Of a DNA stretch of 30,399 nt, positions 7,680 through 16,652 are shown in pieces. The DNA lies in the IMG/VR virus record IMGVR_UViG_3300027963_000230, positions 1-30,399 of that record, one strand, 5' to 3'. Source of the stretch: a virus. Taxonomy: Duplodnaviria; Caudoviricetes. The translations under genes were made by a program, and so were the position numbers. Under the pieces are notes generated by a model. That model saw only the letters and a program-made list of their open reading frames with translations. It was not told the origin of the DNA and searched no databases. The stretch's first letter is position 1. Each line of letters opens with the position of its first letter.

Positions 7680-8672
7680 ATGCCCACTCCACACATCCAC
7701 TGCCTGACATCTCTCAAGGTCGCCGGGACTGGTTCGTTCAGACTCGCTTCTGGTCAATTCCTAGGCAACTACGGAGCAAATCTGCAGAACCCTGACAAGG
7801 AAGCTCTCGATATCTATATCGCACCGCCTGGCATGAGCTTCGTCCAGTGCGACCAGAGCGGCGCAGAGGCTCTCATCGTAGCCTATCTCACACGCCCCGG
7901 CAAATACAGAGAGCTCTTCAGCGTGGGCATCAAGCCCCATACCTTCATCGCGCTGCATATCTTCTGCGAGAGTATGCAAAACATTTGGCCTCTCGCGGGC
8001 AAAAGTCCGAGCTATTGGAAATCTCTATCGCCGAGCGAGCTAAGACAAGAGCCAGACTGGAAGCCTCTCGACAAAGCAATCAAATCCTCAGACAAGGAAT
8101 ACAAGATCGGCAAGATGGTCTGTCATGCTTCCTCTTATAGGATGCGTGAGCGGACCTTTCAACTTCAGACACTCAAACAAAGTCACGGTACTCTTACCCT
8201 CAGTCTCCAAGAATGCAAAGTCTTTCTTGGATTCTTCGCATCACTGTTCCCCGAAATCATAGAATGGCAAGATGAAATTGAATTTAACATTAGAGCTAAA
8301 CGTGAGCTCCGGAATCTATTTAACTATCCGCGTCGGTTCGAGAGAACTATTACTGACTCTTATATCAGGGAAGGCATCTCATGGATTCCTCAATCCACCG
8401 TGGGCTGTATCACTCACGCCGCGATTAATCGGTATAACAGAGAACGCCCAAGCAATACGCTACCGGCGATTAACAATAAACATGACTCTTTTCTGGCGTT
8501 GGTACTCGATAATGATATCGGCACAACAGCGAAGCACATGCAGGAATGCCTCGCAATATCTCTCACCGGCCGAGATGGAATGAACTTCACTATGAAATCA
8601 GAAGCCCAAGCCGGAAAGAACTGGGGAAAGTTCTCAAAAGATAATCCACAAGGCATGAGAGACTTACCTTAA
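7680..8672 (+). CDS. polA: DNA polymerase A, C-terminal catalytic part (palm/fingers)
   Basis: GTGSFRLAS, ANLQN, motif A DQSGAE, motif B GKMVCHASSY, PQST, motif C HDS and C-terminal GKNW. Confidence 0.9.
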   Translation: MPTPHIHCLTSLKVAGTGSFRLASGQFLGNYGANLQNPDKEALDIYIAPPGMSFVQCDQSGAEALIVAYLTRPGKYRELFSVGIKPHTFIALHIFCESMQNIWPLAGKSPSYWKSLSPSELRQEPDWKPLDKAIKSSDKEYKIGKMVCHASSYRMRERTFQLQTLKQSHGTLTLSLQECKVFLGFFASLFPEIIEWQDEIEFNIRAKRELRNLFNYPRRFERTITDSYIREGISWIPQSTVGCITHAAINRYNRERPSNTLPAINNKHDSFLALVLDNDIGTTAKHMQECLAISLTGRDGMNFTMKSEAQAGKNWGKFSKDNPQGMRDLP

Positions 8673-8675
8673 CAG

Positions 8676-8693
8676 TGGCCCAATAAAAGCTCC
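8676..8693 (+). promoter_or_regulatory. Repeated motif TGGCCCA-N4-AAGCTCC, copy 3
   Basis: TGGCCCAataaAAGCTCC, intergenic, 9 nt upstream of the ATG at 8703. Confidence 0.65.
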
Positions 8694-8702
8694 CTCCGAT
8701 TT

Positions 8703-8930
8703 ATGCGCCAGACGAACGACCGAATAACTCAGATCGTGAATGCGATCCGAGAGAAGATCAAAGAGTGGCCGCCTAACCTGCCGCCGCCCTCGGTCGTTAT
8801 TGTACACGAGACTCACCTGCCCAGCGAGTTCGATCCGAACTTTGAAAAGCTAGAAGGTTTCGACGTAATAACCACACTACAAATCCGTAAGAACTCTGTG
8901 AGACTCGCTTACTTACATGAGCCTATATGA
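8703..8930 (+). CDS. Hypothetical protein (75 aa)
   Basis: ORF fills the gap and overlaps the start of the helicase gene. Confidence 0.65.
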   Translation: MRQTNDRITQIVNAIREKIKEWPPNLPPPSVVIVHETHLPSEFDPNFEKLEGFDVITTLQIRKNSVRLAYLHEPI

Positions 8931-10176
8931 AGACTGGTGCTTGTACACAAAGGACGTACAAAGCCCGCAGCCTTTTGTCGACGCTGCATTCTATTTCATG
9001 ATCGGTGCCGCCCTTCAAAGGCGCGTTTGGTTTGGAGACTTAGACTTTCACGCAGTATTTCCCAATCAATACATCGCTTTCATCGGACCTGCTTCGGCGG
9101 GCAAGTCGCTCATTACGACTCCGATGAAAGACCTACTCGAAATCCCTGCCGACATCAAGTCGCCCGAGAACGATCTCGCGGCCGATCTTCTCGGCGAGGA
9201 TGCAGAGTCCACACGCGGAGGCTCACGACAGCCTCTTATCTATATCGCGCCCAACAGCACGACCTTCGAGCAATTCACAATGGAGACTTCAAAGGTCGCC
9301 TATCTCCATCGTTATGTCGACGCAGAGAACAGACGCAAAGCCTACCATCACAGCTCTCTCGTCTTCATCCTCGACGAGCTAACATCTATCTTTAAGAAAA
9401 ATGCAGAACAACTCTCCGACTTTCTTCTCGAAGCTTATAACGGTGGAAAGAAGTACGTCCGAAAACTTAAGCACAGCGATACAGACTTCTGCACAAATAT
9501 GTGTATCAGCCTGCTCGGCAACACGACGCTCGGCAAGTTTCAAAGTCTACAGAATCAAGACATTCTCTCTGACGGCTTTATGGCTCGTACGATTATCGTC
9601 TATGGGATCGAAAAGCGTTTCCATCTATATTCCATTCCTCCGCTTTCGGAGGAACAGAAGGCCGCTAAAGCTCGCCTGCAGTCTTACATTCGGGAACTCA
9701 ACAAGCTCTATGGACCTGTCATTCTAAACGACGAGGCCAAAGAATACATCCACGAACACTTCGAAGTTAATCCTTCCTCAGTCCACACGAACAAGCATCC
9801 GATGCTCGATGAGTATTATGGCCGCAAGAATCTCCATCATCAGAAGATCCTGTTCGCCGTACACTTTGCCCGCACGACGGACATGATCATCACACGCGAA
9901 GATACCGAAGAAGCCACAGCCCATCTTGCACGCCTTGAAAAGGATATGCACATTCCCTTCGTCGGCATGGGGCGCAACGAGAGCGCAAAGATCTCAGAAG
10001 ATATCTGGCGCTACATCAAGACAACGCAAGGCACAACTAAGAAATCAATCTTTGTCAGGTTCTATCAGGCACTGAAGACACCCGACGAACTCCGACGTGT
10101 GCTAGATGATCTAGTCACGATGGATCGTATCAAACTAATCAGACTAGAAGGAGTTGAACAGTATGTCGCAAAGTGA
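8917..10176 (+). CDS. DUF3987 (YfjI-like) AAA+ ATPase, putative replicative helicase
   Basis: IGAALQRRVW...FPN.Y...IGPASAGKS (Walker A), ILDE (Walker B), DGFMAR (Arg finger-like) and a C-terminal winged-helix-like end. Confidence 0.75.
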   Translation: MSLYEDWCLYTKDVQSPQPFVDAAFYFMIGAALQRRVWFGDLDFHAVFPNQYIAFIGPASAGKSLITTPMKDLLEIPADIKSPENDLAADLLGEDAESTRGGSRQPLIYIAPNSTTFEQFTMETSKVAYLHRYVDAENRRKAYHHSSLVFILDELTSIFKKNAEQLSDFLLEAYNGGKKYVRKLKHSDTDFCTNMCISLLGNTTLGKFQSLQNQDILSDGFMARTIIVYGIEKRFHLYSIPPLSEEQKAAKARLQSYIRELNKLYGPVILNDEAKEYIHEHFEVNPSSVHTNKHPMLDEYYGRKNLHHQKILFAVHFARTTDMIITREDTEEATAHLARLEKDMHIPFVGMGRNESAKISEDIWRYIKTTQGTTKKSIFVRFYQALKTPDELRRVLDDLVTMDRIKLIRLEGVEQYVAK

Positions 10177-10480
10177 AAGGAGTAACGTAGAACGCCGCCA
10201 AGAGTTTCTCAAGGTCGTAGAAGGATTGGTGTGTAGAGATCGCAACGTGACACACGGCGATGCCGAAGATAACTTCAATGTGATCGCAGCTTTGTGGAGT
10301 TCATATCTCAAGAACAGCAAAGGCGACGTGCTCACAAACAAAGACGTAGCTGCGATGATGTGCTTATTCAAAGTCTCGCGCCTTATGTCTAACGTAGATA
10401 ATCTTGAGAACTGGCATGATCTTGCGGGCTATGCGGCCTGTGGCGGTGGTATAGTAATGAAGAAGTTAGAAACTAAATAA
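10163..10480 (+). CDS. DUF6378-like phage protein
   Basis: R...HGDA.DNF..IA.LWS.YL...DVA.MM...K..R......W.DLAGYA pattern. Confidence 0.75.
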   Translation: MSQSERSNVERRQEFLKVVEGLVCRDRNVTHGDAEDNFNVIAALWSSYLKNSKGDVLTNKDVAAMMCLFKVSRLMSNVDNLENWHDLAGYAACGGGIVMKKLETK

Positions 10481-10481
10481 T

Positions 10482-10994
10482 ATGTCAACAAAGATTAAGA
10501 TCGAGAATCAGACAGAAGTCCCAGTATTGGTTGCTCTTTTTGAGCAGCCTAAATGCAATGATCATCCGACTCGCTCGGCTGTTCTTAAACCCGGCGAGAG
10601 CTGCGACTGGGGAAGCGGCTCCGTACCGCTTGGAAATTACCAATGCTACGCCGTGATGAGCGGTGATGCGTCATCCCATGACGAGTGGGTCTGGCACTTT
10701 CCCGGCATTGCAGAAGTCGTCGCGCCGCTGGAGCTTGGCTTCAAGCTGTGGCACCAAGGCGACATCGACTGGCTGAATGTCAAAGCCATGTCGAGCGATG
10801 ACCTCAACGCTACGTTTGGCTCTGCGTACACCTCGGCCAAGAGCAACACCAAATCGTGGAATGGAATGTCGAGTTGCATATTCCACATTCGCGGCGGCCC
10901 AAGCTGGGTCGAAGAGACCGAACAAGTGGGTATCTTCCGCCCGAAGACAGTGGCTTACAATGGCGTTCAGTCTACGCCAATGAAGAGCGAATAA
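10482..10994 (+). CDS. Hypothetical protein (170 aa)
   Basis: Last ORF of the + strand operon; no motif recognised. Confidence 0.75.
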   Translation: MSTKIKIENQTEVPVLVALFEQPKCNDHPTRSAVLKPGESCDWGSGSVPLGNYQCYAVMSGDASSHDEWVWHFPGIAEVVAPLELGFKLWHQGDIDWLNVKAMSSDDLNATFGSAYTSAKSNTKSWNGMSSCIFHIRGGPSWVEETEQVGIFRPKTVAYNGVQSTPMKSE

Positions 10995-11000
10995 CGAACG

Positions 11001-11040
11001 AAAAGAAAACCCGCCCTGTGATAAGCAGAGCGGGTTTTTT
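11001..11040. terminator. Bidirectional intrinsic terminator
   Basis: AAAAGAAAACCCGCcCTG-TGATAAG-CAGaGCGGGTTTTTT between the convergent gene blocks; A-tract on the left and T-tract on the right. Confidence 0.85.
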
Positions 11041-11051
11041 GTTGTCTTAAT

Positions 11052-14000
11052 TTATCGTATCCCAGACATTCCTTCTATCAAACTCTTGCGATACTTGTCT
11101 TCATTCTGTCTTGTATAGTATCGCTTCAGCGTCTCACTTCCTTTTCCTGGCTCCGCGCCTTCGACAAAGCTTAGATAGCGTGCGGCTTTCATAGGCTGTC
11201 TTTCTAGCGAAGGCATGATAGCATTCTGACTCGTCTTCAACTTTCTAATCCGGCTCGCATAATCTTCTGGTGATGTTGCGCTTTCACGCGCAGTCTTCAC
11301 TAACTCAAATGCCTCTTCGCCGGTATCCTCTGTGACAGAACCCCGTTCAAACTTCTGCTCTGCAAGGTTCTCATAACTCACAGGGAACATTCCATTCGAC
11401 CGACCAGTTCCACTCAGCTCTTCAAACAACCGAGCCTTGCGCCGATCAGCACTGCGCAGATTATCGGAGCCTTCATTAAAGACTTCATCAATCCACGTAC
11501 TCGCAACGCGCGCCATCTGTGTCTTTCCAACGATCACATTCTTACCGAATCGTTGCAACACAAGCCCAACATCTTCACCCTTGTCAATCGCCGTCAACGC
11601 ACCAGCAACATTCTTCATTCCATCAGCGAACAACTCAGCGGCCGGAAAAACTCCAACCGAAGACTGTGTGTCACCAACCAACGCATTGATCGGCATCATC
11701 GCAAGATCTCCCGCAAAGCCAAACGTGCCTGTCTTCTGCGCCATTATCATAAACTTCTGCAAGAGAAGCTCGCCACCATCAGTGCCGATCGTGCCTTCAT
11801 TCTGACGCGCCCAGCTCTCAAGCTCACTCCACTTAACAGACTTCGACTCCTTACCGCTAAGCCATTCCTGAACCTGCTCAATCGCTCCGCCGCCAGCCAT
11901 ACCTACAAGCAGCTGTGCAATTAGCGGTTTCAGATTACCTTGCATCGCAGGCTCAACCGCAAACTTGCGGAAGTTATTCATCTGACTCATGCTCCATTTA
12001 GACCACGTAAGATAAGGAGCCGCACCGCCTTCAAGGAACCAAGCGGGCAACTGACGCATATCATACGTACCTTGCATCATCTGACCGAACTGCGCTGCAA
12101 GAGCCATGTCTGACTGTGTGCGCCAGTCGTTGTTGAGTGTATCCAGAAAGCGCACAGCGTCTTTGTCGCCCGTGGCTGCCTTGCGCTTGTTGATACTCAC
12201 GATCATCTCGCCCTGTGCCTGAGCCAGCGTGCGCGCAACAGACTCTAGCTTGCTTGAGCCTGTGATGAATCCAAGTCCATCCAGAACTTTCTGCATATAC
12301 TTACCAGCATCTTGACCCATGCCGATAACCTGATGGAAGTTTTGATTCGCATTCGGATTATTCAAGCCAGACTCAATCGAGCGCGCCTTTAACTTACTCC
12401 AGTCGCTAAGCTTCTCAGCCATTCCGCCCATGTACGCGCCATAGTCGCCGAGTCCGATATAAGCCAGAGGCTTCGTGACTGTGCCGCCCACGTCACCGAT
12501 ACGTGAGATAGTCTGCAGAGCAAGTGCACTAGCTGCAGCACCGAATGAGCGAATCGTCTTGCCGGGCATCTGCAAAGGCTGCCCGCTGAACTCACGCATG
12601 ACAGACTGAACGCTGGGATCAGGTGCAATTACCTCTGTGCTCTGCAACACGCTTGCTGGAATCGGTTGATCATTGAAGAACTTCTTAGAACCCAATGCCG
12701 CCATCACCTCAGGCGACTTCTCAAAGTGTTCTTGCGCCGCATAGTCCTTAGCTGATCTCTGATTGTAACTCTCGTAGAGCTTGCGGAAGTCTTTCTCAAT
12801 CCAGCTCTCAGGCAACGGACGACCCATCGGCTTACGAGCGCCAGCAAAAGTCGCCGGGGCAGAAGGATCAAACGTCTTGTTAGCAAGAGCGCGTTGTTCT
12901 TCGAAGTCAGCTAAGGCTTTTTCTTGTGCCTCAGTCATCAGCTTTCCTCGCGACAGATAGTCTGCCTCAGCGTCGCGCAGATAATCACTCTTGAGTTTTT
13001 GATACTCAGGCGTGCCTATCTTACTAGCCAAGATATCACGAGCCTCGTCGGATAACTTATGTCCAGGAAACCAAAACTCACTCTCTATACGATCACGTAG
13101 ACCTTTTTTGCCCGCGTCAATCTGATGGCCCGCTTTGTTTGCTTCGGCTACCCAGAAAGCCTTAGCCTGTGTGCGCCATTCTTTATAAGCTGCCGCGATC
13201 TCAGGAGCAGGCGTGAGTAATTGTTGGTTCTTGTATTCGTTATATAGATGCGAGGTTAGCTTGGTTGCATCATCATAACTAAGCTTAGTGACCGTCAGCC
13301 CCAGCGACCGCGCCTTACCCAGCATTGCGTCGGCGGCGTTATACGCCCGAGTCATTGCCCGACCGACGGTTTCATAAATGCCACCGCGCCGCGTGATCTG
13401 GTCGATCTCGCTGAGGGTTTTGTCGAGGCCAGCTTTGACGGCTTCTTTAGCTTGGCCCACTATAGGACGTTGATAGCGGATGTCTTTACTCAGCGGATCA
13501 AAGGTGCCACGATTGGCTGTAGCGGATTTGACTTGTTCCGGCTTAAACGCAACAACCTCAATAATCTCAGGAACGAAACCATCCTCAGTATAGCGCTGAC
13601 GCTCTTTGATGATGCCGTCATAACCCTGCTCGCGCAACCAAGCGTTTCCGATCTCACCGTTACCCAGAATGTCTGAATTGCGCGCGTCGTACTTATCCAT
13701 CAGTTGTTTAAGTAATGGAGCATTCGCAGGGTCTTTGCGAATCTTATAACCAATATCCTGTAATGTCGCATCCGAGGTTACGCGATAAGGATTCTCAAGT
13801 GAAACATAAGCTGGGTATATACGAGAACCTGTACTTGTTCTAGCATATTCAGCCGCTCGCGGAGGTTCCGGTGTGAAGTAAGCGCCCGGTCCGAAGTTAT
13901 ACCCAGTCTTAGTTCTAAACTCCGTGAAGTCTGGGGCATCCGTTCCGTGATAAACCGTCAAAGGCTTCCCTTCAGCATCAACAACCTTACTCTCGCCGAA

Positions 14001-16652
14001 CCAATTCTTAAACTCAGGCGTCTCTTGCTGTGCACGCTGATAACGTACATCAGAACTATCCGCAGAAGGTTCACTCTTGGCAGGCCCAAGTATCCTATAA
14101 CCATCTTCACGATCGTTTAGAACACCATCAACAATCTCAGCGTTAGGATACTTACTCTTCAATTCCGCTATGTAATCGTGAGGATAAGGTTCAAACGAGT
14201 CAACATCATGGATAATTTTAGTAACTTGTTCAGGCTTAAAACGTCCACGAAGAGCATTGTTATTAGCGTCTATAACACCGCGAGGTGATTCAATCTCCAT
14301 TACGAATGCGTCAGGCCAAATCTTTCCCTGCGCCATATGACGCAAGCCAGTTTGATCATCAGCGGGATCTTGAAAGCTTCTGTAGTATTTATCTTCACTA
14401 GGCAAAAACTCCGGCGCATTTTCAATCCCAGGATATTTAGGGTTTGCTTCTTCGTAAGCTTGAGATTTCTCAAAGTAAGCATTCATCGCTTTCTTTGAGT
14501 CAGCTTCTAAAGCTTTAATACCTTCTCGATCGTATGGATTTTGTTGCTTGTAATTTCTTTCAGCTTCTTGAGCCTGTTTTAATTGAGCGTTTAAAGCTTC
14601 CAATTCAGGAGGCTTTTCACCCCGCTGCAATCTTTCCTGCCCGCCAGTCTTCGCCACAGCAACACCTTTCCACGGCACATTCTCCGTCGTAGCATAGTGC
14701 ATCCAAGCTAGCGCATCTTCAGGACTCATCTTGCCTGTGACCAACTGTTTCATCGAAGCCTTGAACGCAGAGAACCAAGCGCGCAACTCGCCGCGATTAA
14801 CTTGAGGCATCTTCTCTCCGAACGCCTGAATCAGACCTTCTTCAAGTGCAATGTCGTTAGCTTGTTCTTGTGTGATTCTGCCCGCCTTAACTTCTTCAGC
14901 ACGCGCAGCAAGCTCTGCTTTATAGGCAGGAGAATCAAGAGCAGTATCCATCAGCGACCGACGCATTCCTTTGTTGGTCACGCCCTTAAAGATATCGTGA
15001 CCAATTTCGTGAATGGCTGTGTCAGCCGTGGCCATCAGCGGATTGATGCGTATGATTCTGTCGCCTGTATTCTTATCAACCAAATACATCCCGCGCACTT
15101 CTTGACTACCTGCAAATGCGCGATCGAGTTGAACCTTCAGGCCACGGCGATTCGCAAGCTCAGTCGCAAGATTGATATCTTCTTGTGTGATCTTGTTTGA
15201 CTGTCCGCCTTCAGGACGTTGTAAGCGCGTCCAAATATCTTCTGCAATAGCACGCGCTTCAGCGACTTCTTTCTTAGCTTGAGCGATGTCTGCGATGCCT
15301 TGTTCTCTAACGCCTTTACGCTCAGCAGGCGATTTATTTTGAGCTTCCGCACGCAACTGAGATTGACGAGAGTACAGAGCCTGCAACCGAGCAGCGGCCT
15401 CATCGCTCAAAGCCTGCGCGGCCTCAAGATCCTGCAGCTTTTGAAGCTCAATCGCATTCTGTTCAGCTTCAACACGAGCTTTCTCAGTTTTTGCGCTTTC
15501 TTCTGCCTTACGACTTTCCATCATCTGGAAGACATCTTCAAGAGTCTGATCAGCTTGCTTAGCTACAAAGACTTCCATCTTAGACGGATCACGCAAGACT
15601 TCACCAACCTCAGGATCGTTAGAGAGTTCTTTAAGTTTATCCCGAGGAATCTTAGCCTTGACTTCTTCAGCCTTTGCTTTAAGTAACTCAGTCGTAGGTT
15701 TAGTCTCAGACTTCCACCACTTAGAATAGTCTGCAGCATAAGCCTTCTCCGTCAAAGGCTTACCTTCGGCGGTGAAGTATTGATCAGGAGCTTCAAGCCC
15801 GATATTAACTCCGGGTTTTGCGATATCTTCCGCACCACGTTCAGCCCGAGGTGTGGCAAATTCTTTAGGAACATTAGCCATAAGCTCCGCTCGATCACGC
15901 GACTTAGCAAGATTACCGGGAGCTTCTTGAATATTCTCTGGTATATCCTGAAAACCCAATCTTTTACCCAATCCCGTAGGCTTGTTGAACAAAGATCCAA
16001 GCGCAACGTCTGCTGCGAATCGAGGCACAGAGAACTCTCCGCCCTCGCTCATGTTCACAAGCTGACCCGCTGTAGAGCCAGCTACGTTTGCACCTACATT
16101 GATAGCAGGATTTAAGAAGTTAGGATTGGTCAACGCAGCACGCAGAGTCTCTTCACCTCGCACAGTAGGACGCAACAAACCGCTCAGCCCTTTAACCGAC
16201 GGACGCATCGCTAGTGCGTTAGGTGCAAAGCCACCGAGGTAAGAAGCAACAGGCTGATCTGTTTCAGCTCGTTGCATTTCTGCAACAGCTTCAGGCGCAT
16301 AGTTCTCCAACACAGCCCGTTGTCCTTTACCTGTGAGATAACCTGCACCGAGACCGCCGCCAATACCACCAAGTACACTAAGCAATGGAACAGTTACAGG
16401 TGCAGCAGGTCCACCAAAAGCACCCAATGCTGCGCCGCCTTTCATACCAGCCGCACCGCCCGCAAGAGCAGCCGCACTAGGTACTAAGTTACCCAAGAAA
16501 GAAGTGCCAAATGCACGAGGCATTGACATTACTTCCTTCTTTTCAGTAGGATTCTCAAAGATATTACCCTGATCATCTACATCGTAGACGGTCGGATCAT
16601 AATTATTATCCTTGAGCCATTTGTATTGTTCTTGTGTCATGTTATTCAGCAA
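11052..16652 (-). CDS. Large polyvalent (ejection/internal virion-type) protein with zincin metallopeptidase and ADP-ribosyltransferase modules
   Basis: 1866 aa. Gly/Ala-rich hydrophobic N-terminus, coiled coil, TAIHEIGH..EE (HExxH), and FKNWFG.SKVVD..GKPL.VYHGT...G.YFT...Y...E (ART-PolyVal-like). Confidence 0.8.
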   Translation of the reverse strand: MLNNMTQEQYKWLKDNNYDPTVYDVDDQGNIFENPTEKKEVMSMPRAFGTSFLGNLVPSAAALAGGAAGMKGGAALGAFGGPAAPVTVPLLSVLGGIGGGLGAGYLTGKGQRAVLENYAPEAVAEMQRAETDQPVASYLGGFAPNALAMRPSVKGLSGLLRPTVRGEETLRAALTNPNFLNPAINVGANVAGSTAGQLVNMSEGGEFSVPRFAADVALGSLFNKPTGLGKRLGFQDIPENIQEAPGNLAKSRDRAELMANVPKEFATPRAERGAEDIAKPGVNIGLEAPDQYFTAEGKPLTEKAYAADYSKWWKSETKPTTELLKAKAEEVKAKIPRDKLKELSNDPEVGEVLRDPSKMEVFVAKQADQTLEDVFQMMESRKAEESAKTEKARVEAEQNAIELQKLQDLEAAQALSDEAAARLQALYSRQSQLRAEAQNKSPAERKGVREQGIADIAQAKKEVAEARAIAEDIWTRLQRPEGGQSNKITQEDINLATELANRRGLKVQLDRAFAGSQEVRGMYLVDKNTGDRIIRINPLMATADTAIHEIGHDIFKGVTNKGMRRSLMDTALDSPAYKAELAARAEEVKAGRITQEQANDIALEEGLIQAFGEKMPQVNRGELRAWFSAFKASMKQLVTGKMSPEDALAWMHYATTENVPWKGVAVAKTGGQERLQRGEKPPELEALNAQLKQAQEAERNYKQQNPYDREGIKALEADSKKAMNAYFEKSQAYEEANPKYPGIENAPEFLPSEDKYYRSFQDPADDQTGLRHMAQGKIWPDAFVMEIESPRGVIDANNNALRGRFKPEQVTKIIHDVDSFEPYPHDYIAELKSKYPNAEIVDGVLNDREDGYRILGPAKSEPSADSSDVRYQRAQQETPEFKNWFGESKVVDAEGKPLTVYHGTDAPDFTEFRTKTGYNFGPGAYFTPEPPRAAEYARTSTGSRIYPAYVSLENPYRVTSDATLQDIGYKIRKDPANAPLLKQLMDKYDARNSDILGNGEIGNAWLREQGYDGIIKERQRYTEDGFVPEIIEVVAFKPEQVKSATANRGTFDPLSKDIRYQRPIVGQAKEAVKAGLDKTLSEIDQITRRGGIYETVGRAMTRAYNAADAMLGKARSLGLTVTKLSYDDATKLTSHLYNEYKNQQLLTPAPEIAAAYKEWRTQAKAFWVAEANKAGHQIDAGKKGLRDRIESEFWFPGHKLSDEARDILASKIGTPEYQKLKSDYLRDAEADYLSRGKLMTEAQEKALADFEEQRALANKTFDPSAPATFAGARKPMGRPLPESWIEKDFRKLYESYNQRSAKDYAAQEHFEKSPEVMAALGSKKFFNDQPIPASVLQSTEVIAPDPSVQSVMREFSGQPLQMPGKTIRSFGAAASALALQTISRIGDVGGTVTKPLAYIGLGDYGAYMGGMAEKLSDWSKLKARSIESGLNNPNANQNFHQVIGMGQDAGKYMQKVLDGLGFITGSSKLESVARTLAQAQGEMIVSINKRKAATGDKDAVRFLDTLNNDWRTQSDMALAAQFGQMMQGTYDMRQLPAWFLEGGAAPYLTWSKWSMSQMNNFRKFAVEPAMQGNLKPLIAQLLVGMAGGGAIEQVQEWLSGKESKSVKWSELESWARQNEGTIGTDGGELLLQKFMIMAQKTGTFGFAGDLAMMPINALVGDTQSSVGVFPAAELFADGMKNVAGALTAIDKGEDVGLVLQRFGKNVIVGKTQMARVASTWIDEVFNEGSDNLRSADRRKARLFEELSGTGRSNGMFPVSYENLAEQKFERGSVTEDTGEEAFELVKTARESATSPEDYASRIRKLKTSQNAIMPSLERQPMKAARYLSFVEGAEPGKGSETLKRYYTRQNEDKYRKSLIEGMSGIR

